A DNA stretch of 64,000 bases, from positions 13,656-77,655 of the forward strand of contig JAFUGC010000003.1 in the NCBI GenBank assembly GCA_017469565.1, in the 5' to 3' direction. Below are positions 27,984 to 37,018 of this stretch, piece by piece. The notes under the pieces were generated by a model. That model did not search any database and was not told the origin of the DNA. It worked only from the letters and a program-made list of their open reading frames with translations. Position 1 is the stretch's first letter. Every line of letters begins with the position of its first letter. The translations under genes were made by a program, and so were the position numbers. The stretch comes from Clostridia bacterium. GTDB lineage: Bacteria; Bacillota; Clostridia; TANB77; UBA1234.

Positions 27984-28018
27984 AAGTGTGTAAGTGATTT
28001 TACTTACACACTTTTTTT
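27984..28018 (+). terminator. Intrinsic terminator upstream of the PK-like/PurA-like operon
   Basis: aagtgtgtaagt-gatttt-acttacacactt followed by TTTTTTT. Confidence 0.6.
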
Positions 28019-28168
28019 GCTTTTGATGCTTTCGGAAGGTGTCCCCAAAAACATTTTTGAAATTTGTTGCTTTTTATGTTAATCCCTGATAAAATGAATC
28101 CGCAATTGAATTGGTTTTGGGTAGTCTTTGTTTTTTGTTAAATGAAGAATGAAAAAGGAGGAATGTTT

Positions 28169-29093
28169 TTTGAAACGGGATTGTAGACTTATTGCAACGC
28201 TACCTTCATTGAGTAATTTGAAAAAGGTGCAAGAGGTTTTTGAGAGTGATTGTGTAGATGAAGTAAGGTTTAATACGGGAGTGCATGTGCCTTTTGCGGC
28301 GGAAGAAGCGCTGGATATTTTACAAAGGTTGTCACTGAAGTATGATAAGAAACTTTGGATTGATGTGAAGGGCAGGCAGCTTAGGATTAGCAAGTGGGCG
28401 GATCCTTTGTATTCTTGCATTGAACTCAATCACCATGTGGAGGTTTTATATCCGGCAGAGGTTTGTTTTAGAAATGGTGATCGGGTGAGAATTGCCCATA
28501 TCAAAGATGGAAATAAACTTTTTGTGGAACCGCTGCCCAAAGAGGCGCTTGGTGCAGGGCAGTCTGTGAATATTATTGGGAGAGATGTTGAGATTGATGG
28601 TTACTTAACGGAGAAAGATAAAGAGTACTTAACTGCTTGCGCTAAGCTGGGTATGCCTTGGATTATGGCTTCTTTTGTAGAAGAGTTCTTGGATTTCATG
28701 GAGATTTTGACGCTCCAACCGAATGCTCAAATTATGGCTAAAATTGAGTCACTCAAGGGAATGGAGCTTGTGACAAGGCATCCATCTGTACTTATGGAGA
28801 AGTTTAACATTTTTTCTCTAATGGCTGCGAGAGATGACCTGTATATTCAGACAGGTGAAAATTGCAGCATGTTAAAGCATTTGAAAGCAATTGTTGATGT
28901 GGACAGTGGGGCAGTTTGTGCATCCCGGATTTTCCCTTCTTTGGAGAGAAGGCAAACGCCTGAGTTTGCAGATTATGCGGACTTGGAACTCATGTATAGC
29001 ATGGGCTATCGGAGGTTCATGCTGTGTGATAACATATGCAATTACCATTTTGAAAAAGCAATCAAAGCATGGAAGGAGTTTCAGCATGGATAG
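28169..29093 (+). CDS. Pyruvate-kinase-like TIM-barrel protein (A-domain only; B-lid and C-terminal domains absent)
   Basis: TTG start is 7 nt after AAGGAGG. Motifs RLIATLPS, VRFNTGVH, LWIDVKGRQLRIS, IMASFVE, AKIESLKG, MAARDDLY align with pyruvate kinase KIVCTIGP, RLNFSHG, LLDTKGPEIRT, MVSFVR, AKIENQEG, MVARGDLG. ~308 aa instead of ~470+. Confidence 0.6.
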
Positions 29094-30549
29094 TTATGTA
29101 TTATGTGGAATGCAGTTCGGTGATGAAGGAAAAGGTACGTTTGTTGACTATATGTCACATAGAGAAGACGCGGATGCCGTTGTCCGGTATAACGGAGGTT
29201 CACAGGCATCGCATACGGTGGTGACTCCAAGTGGAACGCTTCATAAGTTTAGTCAGTTAGGTTCCGGAATGTTTTTGGAAAATTGTCACACATATATTAC
29301 GGAAAACACTGTGGTGAACCTGGATAATCTTATGGTGGAGTTGAAGGTTTTTTCGGAAAAAACTGGTATTTCTGTTTCTGAACTCATCAATCGGATTCAC
29401 ATTCATGAGAATTGTTTTGTGGTAACGCCTTATCACAAGCTGCTGAACAAGCTAAGAGAATTGTCATTGGGAGAAAACCGCAGAGGAACGGTTGGCACTG
29501 GTGTGAGTGAGGTCCGGTATGTGTTGGAAGAGTCTCAAAATTTTCCGCTTGAGCCATCCTTAGGGGTTCAAGTAAAAGATATTTTTGATTCTCGTGGTAT
29601 TCGTCCACTCCTTGCTGGTTTCATGGGGCTTCATGAGTATGTGAGTGCGTTCTATCAGGAAAATCAGGAAGTGATTTGGAAAAATACTCCTGAGGAGATG
29701 AAAGAGGGTTTACAGAAAGAGATAGATTCTTTGCTTTCTGGACAAGTTTTTAATCTTACTAACATTTATAGAAGATACTTTAATACGGTACCACGAGAGT
29801 TTAACCTGAAAAGATGTATTTATAGTACTTATGAACAGTCTTTGCACGCAAACTGTAAGAAGGTGATTTTTGAGGGGTCACAGGGACTTTTGATTGATGG
29901 TAAATATGGCATCAAGCCGAATACCACTTTTCTGGATACCACCAATCAGTTTGCTTTGAGGATAAGTAGGTACACGGACCATGTGACAAAGGTTGGTATC
30001 GTGAAGGCTTTTAGCTCTCGGCATGGACCAGGTATATTTCCCACGGAATCAGAGGAAGTGAGCAGTAAGATTCAAGACCCAAATCAGGAGGAATCTTTCT
30101 GGAATGGTAAGATTCGTTTTGGGTGGCTGGATGTGGTGCTGCTCCGGTATGCACAGCACATCAACCAGGTGGATGAGCTTTATTTGTCTTCCTTGGACCT
30201 GCTGGATGATTTTGAGGAACTCAAAATTTGTGTTGGTTATATATACGATGGCAAGGTAGATGAAGAATTCAATCGGACTTTCGAATATGTTGATATGTTG
30301 GACGGTAGGAAGTATATTGATGATATTGTGATGCCCAGTGACAGGCTGGGAGAGTACTTGAAACTTTGCGTTCCGGATTACATGTGCATCAGAGGCTGGA
30401 AGAAGGATATTTCTCAGGTGACTGATCAGGAGGAACTGCCAGTTCGGTGTAGAAATTACATTGGCTGGCTGGGACGTCTTATGAATCTTCCTGTTACGGT
30501 GGTGTCTGTGGGACCTACTCGGGAAAACAAGATACGAATGGATTCTTAG
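29086..30549 (+). CDS. Adenylosuccinate synthetase (PurA) family paralog, divergent
   Basis: ATG 29086 overlaps the upstream stop by 8 nt. GDEGKGT P-loop, VVRYNGGSQASHTV, RRGTVGTGVSE and FEGSQGLLIDGKYG correspond to PurA GDEGKGK, GGxNAGHT, GTTxRGIGPAY and EGAQGxxLDIDxGTYP. 487 aa. Confidence 0.7.
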   Translation: MDSYVLCGMQFGDEGKGTFVDYMSHREDADAVVRYNGGSQASHTVVTPSGTLHKFSQLGSGMFLENCHTYITENTVVNLDNLMVELKVFSEKTGISVSELINRIHIHENCFVVTPYHKLLNKLRELSLGENRRGTVGTGVSEVRYVLEESQNFPLEPSLGVQVKDIFDSRGIRPLLAGFMGLHEYVSAFYQENQEVIWKNTPEEMKEGLQKEIDSLLSGQVFNLTNIYRRYFNTVPREFNLKRCIYSTYEQSLHANCKKVIFEGSQGLLIDGKYGIKPNTTFLDTTNQFALRISRYTDHVTKVGIVKAFSSRHGPGIFPTESEEVSSKIQDPNQEESFWNGKIRFGWLDVVLLRYAQHINQVDELYLSSLDLLDDFEELKICVGYIYDGKVDEEFNRTFEYVDMLDGRKYIDDIVMPSDRLGEYLKLCVPDYMCIRGWKKDISQVTDQEELPVRCRNYIGWLGRLMNLPVTVVSVGPTRENKIRMDS

Positions 30550-30572
30550 AGAGAAGAAGAGGAGGATTATGC

Positions 30573-31175
30573 ATGAAAGATAAGCTTTATGAAGAGATTG
30601 ACCGGCGTATTACCACTGGTCAAAAGGTGAATGTGCTGATTGCTGGGATGACCTGTTCCGGAAAGAGCACTCTTGCCAGAGAAATTCAGGAGCATTATGT
30701 GTTTGGAAAGCATCCTAAACAGGTGTCTATTATTTCTCAGGATTGTTACTTTAAAAATTTAGGATTGATTCCTAGAAATAAAGGCGGCTATTTGATGGAT
30801 TCTCTTTATGCCTTTCATGCAGATGAGTACCGGGCTCATGCACAGTATCTGACTCAACATGGAACGGTGAGAGTGCCTCAGTATGACATTGCCAGAAATA
30901 AAAGGACGGCGGAATACACTAAAATTGAAAATGGAGATATTAATATCTTTGAGGGTTTGCATAGCATCCGGATATTAAGTGGACTGTGGCATAATGTAAA
31001 AGTCTATTTGGATACTGATGTAGAAACCTGCCTGGAAAGAAGGATTGCAAGGGATACGTCTTTATATGACGTGCCGGAGGAGCGCATTCGTGAGTACTGG
31101 GCGGAGTGTATTATGCCCTTAAGTAGAGAGTTCATTTTCCCGCAAAAGGAAATGGCGGATTGGATTATCAGCTAA
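30573..31175 (+). CDS. P-loop kinase of the uridine kinase/phosphoribulokinase family
   Basis: Walker A VLIAGMTCSGKST and an ISQDCYFK motif as in uridine kinase; 200 aa. Confidence 0.6.
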   Translation: MKDKLYEEIDRRITTGQKVNVLIAGMTCSGKSTLAREIQEHYVFGKHPKQVSIISQDCYFKNLGLIPRNKGGYLMDSLYAFHADEYRAHAQYLTQHGTVRVPQYDIARNKRTAEYTKIENGDINIFEGLHSIRILSGLWHNVKVYLDTDVETCLERRIARDTSLYDVPEERIREYWAECIMPLSREFIFPQKEMADWIIS

Positions 31176-31189
31176 AGGGGGAAATGCTT

Positions 31190-32236
31190 ATGACGGTTAA
31201 GGAAATTTATGAAAGGCTGCTGAGGGCCAAACGGCCGGTGGATTTTTTTGGTGAGGCTACCACGGAAGAGGAGCTGAAAAGGTTCTATAAGGATTTTGCC
31301 AAAAAGGTTCATCCGGATTTAGTGCCTGACTGTGACAGGTATCTTGCCGGTGAGGCGTTTTCTGTGCTGAATAGACTTTATCATTTGGGTCTTGCTGAGT
31401 TCCAACAGGGCATTTATGGCGTAATTGACCAGGTGCAACTGTATTCGCATCAGTCGCCGCTGTTTGAAATCACGGCTGGAGGAAAGCGGTATCAGTTTTT
31501 TGAGAATGTGTTTGAAGGCGAGGTTGCCTATCTTTTTAAGGGGAAGTCGGCCGATGATGATATTGTGTATCTGAAAGTAGCGATTGACCCAGCAGACAAT
31601 GAACTGATTGACACGGAGTATGATGTGCTTTCCACGCTTAGGCATCAGTCTTTTCCATATGTGGAACAGAAAATTCAGGTGAATGATACCAGGGCCATTT
31701 TGATGCGAGAGGTGAAGGGCATTACTATGCTGGAGCTTTTGGAGCAATATCCGCATGGTGTGCCTGCAGAGCATGTGATGTGGATGCTGGAGCGCCTGCT
31801 GAGTGCTGTGGGGTATCTGCATGCTAACTTTGTGGTGCATGGGAATATCAAGCCGGAAAATATCATCATTAACAAGGAAAATCATAATGTTTCCTTGGTT
31901 GGTTTTTCTTTCTGTATTCCTAAGGCGAATACCCCAGAGGCAAAGTACAAGATTCAAAATGATAATTATTCTGCTCCTGAGGTAAGTGCGGATGCCACGG
32001 TTTATCCGGCATCGGATGTATATTCGGTTGGCAAAATTGCGATTGCGCTTTTAGGAGGTGCCGTTTCTTCTTCTGGAATGCCCATTTCCGTGAATGCGAA
32101 AGTGAGGGCGTTTATCCGGAAAATGGTGAATCCTTCTATGATGGATAGACCAGACGATGCCTGGAAACTCTGGACGGAGCTGATTGAGCTCAGAACGGAA
32201 GTTTTTGGAACTCAGCGGTTTCAAAAATTGGACTGA
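31190..32236 (+). CDS. J-domain (HPD) fused to a Hanks-type protein-kinase-like domain predicted to be catalytically inactive (pseudokinase)
   Basis: N-terminal ELKRFYKDFAKKVHPDL (HPD tripeptide present). Kinase-like YLKVAI (VAIK Lys), HGNIKPENIII (HRD Asp replaced by Asn), VGFSF (DFG Asp lost), SAPEV (APE). RBS GGGGGAA. Confidence 0.6.
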   Translation: MTVKEIYERLLRAKRPVDFFGEATTEEELKRFYKDFAKKVHPDLVPDCDRYLAGEAFSVLNRLYHLGLAEFQQGIYGVIDQVQLYSHQSPLFEITAGGKRYQFFENVFEGEVAYLFKGKSADDDIVYLKVAIDPADNELIDTEYDVLSTLRHQSFPYVEQKIQVNDTRAILMREVKGITMLELLEQYPHGVPAEHVMWMLERLLSAVGYLHANFVVHGNIKPENIIINKENHNVSLVGFSFCIPKANTPEAKYKIQNDNYSAPEVSADATVYPASDVYSVGKIAIALLGGAVSSSGMPISVNAKVRAFIRKMVNPSMMDRPDDAWKLWTELIELRTEVFGTQRFQKLD

Positions 32237-32292
32237 GAGTGTGTTGGTTGAACATGACGCATGAAACAAATTAGTATAAGGAGGAAATCACA

Positions 32293-33243
32293 ATGGGTGG
32301 AAGCAGCTATGACCGGGATGTGTACAGTGGTAGCTCTAGTTCAGGCTGGGGTGCTAGTTCTTATTCAGCAATGAAGATGGGCAGTAGCACTTTGGATAGC
32401 TCCCTGAGGGCTAATGGTAAGATTCTGAAAAGTACAAGCAAGAATCCTATTATTGTGGTGCTGGATGTGACTGGCTCCAACATTGATTTTGCCAGATTGG
32501 TTTATGACAAGATGCCGATGTTTTATGGGCAGATTGAGCAGAAGGGGTATTTGGATGACTTTGATATTGCTTTTTGTGCGGTGGGTGATGCCTACACGGA
32601 TGATTATCCTTTGCAGATAGGTGATTTTGCAAAGGGGATTGCTTTGGACTCCCAACTGGAAAAGTTAGTGCTGGAGGGTGCTGGCGGAGGCCAGAGGAAG
32701 GAGTCTTACGAGCTTGCCGCTTATTATCTGTATAAGAATGCGGAGTTTCCACCGGGCAGTAAGCCTCTCATCTTCTTTATTGGAGATGAGGCACCTTATC
32801 CTAAGGTGAATGAGGTTCAGGCTCAGGAGTTTGGCATTGACTGCACTGAAGGTAATGTGGAGCCTTTTGAGCTTTTGCGGAAGAAGGTAAATGACAATGT
32901 CTTTATGCTCTTGAACAAGTATTGCAGTAGGAGTTTTGAAAGTGACATTACAGAGGCGTGGACCACGCGGTTGGCGCCAGAACATGTGATTAAGATTCAG
33001 GAGGAAAAGGCGATTGTGGACCTGATGCTGGGCATTATCTCCATGGTTTCGAATGCGAGAACGCTAGAGACTTATAAGGTGGATATGCTGGATAGAGGGC
33101 AGACACAGGAGCGGATTGCCGGTGTTTCGGAATCGCTTCAGAATTTTTCAAAGGTCACATCGATTGTGCCTGTGAAGGTGTCTGGGATAATTCCCAAGGC
33201 TTCCGGTGGGAAGCAAAGCACTCAGAAGGGCAAACGCCTGTAA
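32293..33243 (+). CDS. von Willebrand factor A (vWA) domain protein with a Gly/Ser-rich N-terminal low-complexity region
   Basis: IIVVLDVTGSN (MIDAS-like D-x-T-x-S), downstream FFIGDEAPY; RBS AGGAGGAAAT. Confidence 0.65.
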   Translation: MGGSSYDRDVYSGSSSSGWGASSYSAMKMGSSTLDSSLRANGKILKSTSKNPIIVVLDVTGSNIDFARLVYDKMPMFYGQIEQKGYLDDFDIAFCAVGDAYTDDYPLQIGDFAKGIALDSQLEKLVLEGAGGGQRKESYELAAYYLYKNAEFPPGSKPLIFFIGDEAPYPKVNEVQAQEFGIDCTEGNVEPFELLRKKVNDNVFMLLNKYCSRSFESDITEAWTTRLAPEHVIKIQEEKAIVDLMLGIISMVSNARTLETYKVDMLDRGQTQERIAGVSESLQNFSKVTSIVPVKVSGIIPKASGGKQSTQKGKRL

Positions 33244-33253
33244 GATGAATTTT

Positions 33254-33288
33254 GGTGGTACACTTATTTTAGTGTACCACCTTTTTTG
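33254..33288 (+). terminator. Intrinsic terminator after the vWA gene
   Basis: ggtggtacact-tatttt-agtgtaccacc followed by TTTTTT. Confidence 0.6.
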
Positions 33289-33329
33289 GCACTTTTTGTT
33301 GTTTTTTGATGCTTTTTCTATTTATGTGC

Positions 33330-33358
33330 TTGACATAATGATGGGCAAAATATATAAT
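33330..33358 (+). promoter_or_regulatory. Consensus sigma-A promoter TTGACA-17-TATAAT for the downstream acidic protein
   Basis: Perfect hexamers with 17-nt spacer, ~50 nt upstream of the RBS. Confidence 0.55.
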
Positions 33359-33410
33359 AACAAGGCTAAATATGTTACTTTAGGACCAACCATTATTAAG
33401 GAGGTAAAAT

Positions 33411-34832
33411 ATGGGTATTCGAAACTGGTTAAACCGCAGGCGTGAGATGGAAGACGGACTGGATGATGCGGCTGTTACTAGTTCAACTGGTTCAACCACT
33501 TCAACCGCTTCAACCGTGAATGACACTTCTTGTCATGTGAAGGTTCCCGAGAAGGTGGAGAATCTTCCGCAGATAGAGCGTGAGGCACTTTACCGGTGGA
33601 GCAAAGTGTTTTTGGGAGAAGTGGCGAGTGCAGATTATACCAAGCGGTTTGTGAAGTCCCTGAATATCAGCCCGTATCATATGGGAGATACTTATTGGAA
33701 TGTTAAACAGGAAGAAATGGAAAGGATTGGCTGTCTGACGGAGTGCTACCGGGCGTGCATCAGCAGAGTCTTTGCAGAGAATAATTTTCTGGCCGGCCCT
33801 GAGATGCTGGAAGAACTCATACGGGTTGTCACGGCAAATCTGGTAAGTCGCATGCTTCAGGAAACAGATATCACTTATGATTATGATCTGTCTGAGTATG
33901 AGAAAGAGATTTTTCAGTTTGGTTCAGAGCTTTTGAAGGCGGTTTATTGGGTGGCCACCGAGAATGTGGTGGATTTTGTTAGTCTTTACGAGAAAATCAA
34001 TCACGGTATTGATTTCAGGCTGAAAAGCATGTATGGGCCGGAGATTACATACCGGTATACTTACCTTATTCCGGCGGAGTATCTGTTTGAACTTCCTGAT
34101 TTTGTTTATGAAAAGAGATTGGGCAGTATTCAAGACAGGATGGAGGCTGTTCATGATGTGGAAGCCATCATTAGTGGAGTTCTTTCTCGGGATAATGATA
34201 TTGGTGATGGCGCAGTATACCTTTCCAAGCTTAAGGAATTCATGATAAAAGAAAAGGAGTTTCTGACACTGGATTTTGAGCATATTCTGTTCCAGTATTT
34301 TGAAGAGTTTAAAGAGGAGAACGAATTAACGTCCTATAACTTTTATGCTTATGGGATACATGACCTGATTGCTGCTATTCCGCAATATTTCCCGGAAATG
34401 ATTGTGGAGTCTTTTGAGTATCAGCTGGCAATGATGCAGCGTGTTTATGTATGCCAAGATGAAGTGGAGATGTTTGAAGAGGATCTGGTGGATCTGTATG
34501 AACGCATCGTCATTTATCGGAATTATAGAGCGGAAGATTTTCAGGTAACTGATTCTGATTCCTGGAAAGCAACTATTAGTAGTTTTTTTGAACTGGGGCT
34601 TTCGGGGTATGCACTGACCAGAATTTCGGATTTGCTCACGGATGGTTTAGGCGTGAGCAGAGATGAAGTGGAAGCGTACATTGAGAGTCTGACCCGGGAT
34701 TATTTGGATGATTGCTACTGGATTGGTACGGATGAGGAGAGCCTCATTCATATGATTCGGCTGCTGTCTAATCCTGTTGTTTACCGTGTGATTGAAGAAG
34801 AGAAGCCGGCCATCATTGACTGCTTCTGGTAA
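33411..34832 (+). CDS. Hypothetical acidic protein (473 aa) with a Ser/Thr-rich N-terminal tract (VTSSTGSTTSTASTVNDTS)
   Basis: RBS AAGGAGG lies 7 nt upstream; no recognisable domain. Confidence 0.5.
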   Translation: MGIRNWLNRRREMEDGLDDAAVTSSTGSTTSTASTVNDTSCHVKVPEKVENLPQIEREALYRWSKVFLGEVASADYTKRFVKSLNISPYHMGDTYWNVKQEEMERIGCLTECYRACISRVFAENNFLAGPEMLEELIRVVTANLVSRMLQETDITYDYDLSEYEKEIFQFGSELLKAVYWVATENVVDFVSLYEKINHGIDFRLKSMYGPEITYRYTYLIPAEYLFELPDFVYEKRLGSIQDRMEAVHDVEAIISGVLSRDNDIGDGAVYLSKLKEFMIKEKEFLTLDFEHILFQYFEEFKEENELTSYNFYAYGIHDLIAAIPQYFPEMIVESFEYQLAMMQRVYVCQDEVEMFEEDLVDLYERIVIYRNYRAEDFQVTDSDSWKATISSFFELGLSGYALTRISDLLTDGLGVSRDEVEAYIESLTRDYLDDCYWIGTDEESLIHMIRLLSNPVVYRVIEEEKPAIIDCFW

Positions 34833-34840
34833 GAATTTTG

Positions 34841-34878
34841 TGGTGGAGGAAAACTTGTTTCCTCCGCCATTTTTTTGT
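34841..34878 (+). terminator. Intrinsic terminator closing the accessory cluster
   Basis: tggtggagga-aaacttgtt-tcctccgcca followed by TTTTTTT. Confidence 0.6.
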
Positions 34879-34958
34879 TCGCCCTAATTTTTTTGGAAAA
34901 AGGCTTGACAAGTGGGAAAAATCGTTGTAAACTATTTGAGGTTTACAGGAGGTGGCAT

Positions 34959-35264
34959 ATGGAGAAGAATATTCGTGTTAGTATGCTCACAGAAATGTAT
35001 GGCAAATTGCTTACAGATAAGCAGTTTGATGTTGTTGATTTGTATTATAACAATAACCTATCACTTAGTGAAATTGCGGAAGAGCTTGGGATTACTCGTC
35101 AAGGGGTGCGCAAGATTTTGGTAAGTGCTGAGAATCATTTGTTTGAAATAGAAGAAAAATTGGGTTTCTTAGAGCAAAAGTTGCAGCAAAGAAAAGTTTT
35201 GAGTGAAGTGATTCGTCAAACAGAAGATAAATGGATAAAAGAAAAATTAACCAATTTATTATAA
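34959..35264 (+). CDS. ylxM: YlxM/p13-family putative DNA-binding protein (UPF0122), upstream of ffh
   Basis: MEKNIRVSMLTEMYGKLLTDKQFDVVDLYYNNNLSLSEIAEELGITRQGV HTH; ATG after AGGAGGTGG; conserved ylxM-ffh synteny. Confidence 0.8.
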   Translation: MEKNIRVSMLTEMYGKLLTDKQFDVVDLYYNNNLSLSEIAEELGITRQGVRKILVSAENHLFEIEEKLGFLEQKLQQRKVLSEVIRQTEDKWIKEKLTNLL

Positions 35265-35283
35265 AGATAAAGGAGTTTCGAGA

Positions 35284-36711
35284 ATGGCTTTTGAAAGTTT
35301 AAGTGAAAAACTTCAAGGAGTGATGAATAAATTAAGAGGAAAGGCAAGGATTACGGAGGATGACATCAAAGAGGTTTCAAGAGAGGTAAAGCTTGCACTT
35401 TTAGAGGCAGATGTTAACTATAAGATTGTCAAAGATTTTACCGCTAAGATTAGTGAAAAGGCGTTAGGACAAGATGTCTTAAAAAGCTTAACACCTGGCC
35501 AGCAGGTTATCAAGATTGTGCATGATGAGCTTGTGGATTTGCTTGGAAAAGAGGAGGTTCCTCTTAATATTTCTGCGAATCCGCCTACTATCATCATGAT
35601 GGCAGGTCTTCAGGGTTCTGGTAAAACTACCATGGCTGCTAAGCTTGCTAATATGCTTAGAAAGAAAGGAAAGTCTCCGCTTTTGGTAGCGTGTGATATT
35701 TATAGACCGGCAGCAATTGACCAGTTGCAGGTACTTGGAAAACAGTTAAATATTCCGGTGTTTGCAGATAAGGAGTCAAAAGATGTCATTGATATTTCTG
35801 GAAGAGCTTTGAAAGAGGCAAATTCCAAGTTAAATGATGTGGTAATTGTAGATACTGCAGGTAGGCTTCATATTGATGAAGAACTGATGGATGAGTTAAA
35901 AAGATTAAAGGCTTTTTTAAAACCGCATGAGATTTTGCTTGTAGTAGATTCCATGACGGGACAAGATGCCGTTACGGTGGCACAGAGTTTTGATGAGCAG
36001 CTTGGCATTGACAGTGTGGCACTTACCAAATTGGATGGTGATACTCGTGGCGGTGCGGCACTTTCTGTTAAGGCGGTTACTGGTAAGCCTATCAAGTTTT
36101 CTGGTACGGGTGAAAAGATGAATGATATTGAGGTATTTCATCCAGACAGAATGGCAACAAGAATCCTTGGCATGGGTGATGTACTAACGCTGATTGAAAA
36201 AGCGGAAGAATCGTTTGATATGGAAGCTGCGGAAAAACTTGAGAAAAAGCTTAGAAAGCAAGAGTTCACTTTGCAGGATTATCTAGATCAGTTAAAGCAA
36301 ATTAAGAAGATGGGGTCAATTAAATCTATTTTAGGAATGATTGGCATTGATCCGCAGACCATTGAACAGGCAAAGGTGGATGAGAAGCAGTTTGTGAGGG
36401 CTGAGGCAATTATTCAATCCATGACTATTAAAGAACGTGAAGACCCAGATATTCTAAATGGTAAAAGAAGAAGAAGAATCGCTGATGGCGCTGGTACCAC
36501 GGTGCAAGAGGTGAATAAATTTATCAAACAGTATACAGATACTAAGATGATGATGAAGAGCATGATGAGTGGTAAGGGACCAATGAAGGGTCTCATGAAA
36601 AAGGTCATGGGAGAGGCTAGTAAGCTGGATGCAGATAATATCTCGGAAGAGGACATCAAGAAGATGACCAATATGAATAGCTTAAAAGACTTAAGAAAGT
36701 TTATGAAATAG
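35284..36711 (+). CDS. ffh: Signal recognition particle protein Ffh
   Basis: N, G (GLQGSGKTT, DTAGR) and Met-rich M domains. Confidence 0.95.
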   Translation: MAFESLSEKLQGVMNKLRGKARITEDDIKEVSREVKLALLEADVNYKIVKDFTAKISEKALGQDVLKSLTPGQQVIKIVHDELVDLLGKEEVPLNISANPPTIIMMAGLQGSGKTTMAAKLANMLRKKGKSPLLVACDIYRPAAIDQLQVLGKQLNIPVFADKESKDVIDISGRALKEANSKLNDVVIVDTAGRLHIDEELMDELKRLKAFLKPHEILLVVDSMTGQDAVTVAQSFDEQLGIDSVALTKLDGDTRGGAALSVKAVTGKPIKFSGTGEKMNDIEVFHPDRMATRILGMGDVLTLIEKAEESFDMEAAEKLEKKLRKQEFTLQDYLDQLKQIKKMGSIKSILGMIGIDPQTIEQAKVDEKQFVRAEAIIQSMTIKEREDPDILNGKRRRRIADGAGTTVQEVNKFIKQYTDTKMMMKSMMSGKGPMKGLMKKVMGEASKLDADNISEEDIKKMTNMNSLKDLRKFMK

Positions 36712-36746
36712 AAAAATGAAATTTCAGTTGAAGGAGGTGAAAACGC

Positions 36747-36983
36747 ATGGTAAAGATTAGACTTAGAAGAGATGGTGCTAAAAAAGCTCCTTATTATAAA
36801 GTTGTTGTAGCTGATTCTAGATTCCCAAGAGATGGTAGATTTATTGAGGAAATCGGGGTTTATGATCCAATGAAGGAACCAGCTGTGATCAAGATTGATA
36901 CAGATAAGTATGAAACTTGGATAAAGAATGGAGCAAGACCAACAGACACAGTAAAAAAATTATTCGACAAAGTTTCTAACTAA
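36747..36983 (+). CDS. rpsP: 30S ribosomal protein S16
   Basis: [25 protein letters not shown]. Confidence 0.95.
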   Translation: MVKIRLRRDGAKKAPYYKVVVADSRFPRDGRFIEEIGVYDPMKEPAVIKIDTDKYETWIKNGARPTDTVKKLFDKVSN

Positions 36984-37018
36984 GTAGTCTGACTAAGTAG
37001 AAAGGAATGATACTAAAA

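Noticed and set aside
28891-29085. 5' extension of the PurA-like ORF (MLMWTVGQFVHPGFS...)
   Set aside because: This part overlaps the 3' end of the PK-like gene in another frame and has no homology. The PurA-like N-terminus (MDSYVLCGMQFGDEGKG) begins at ATG 29086.
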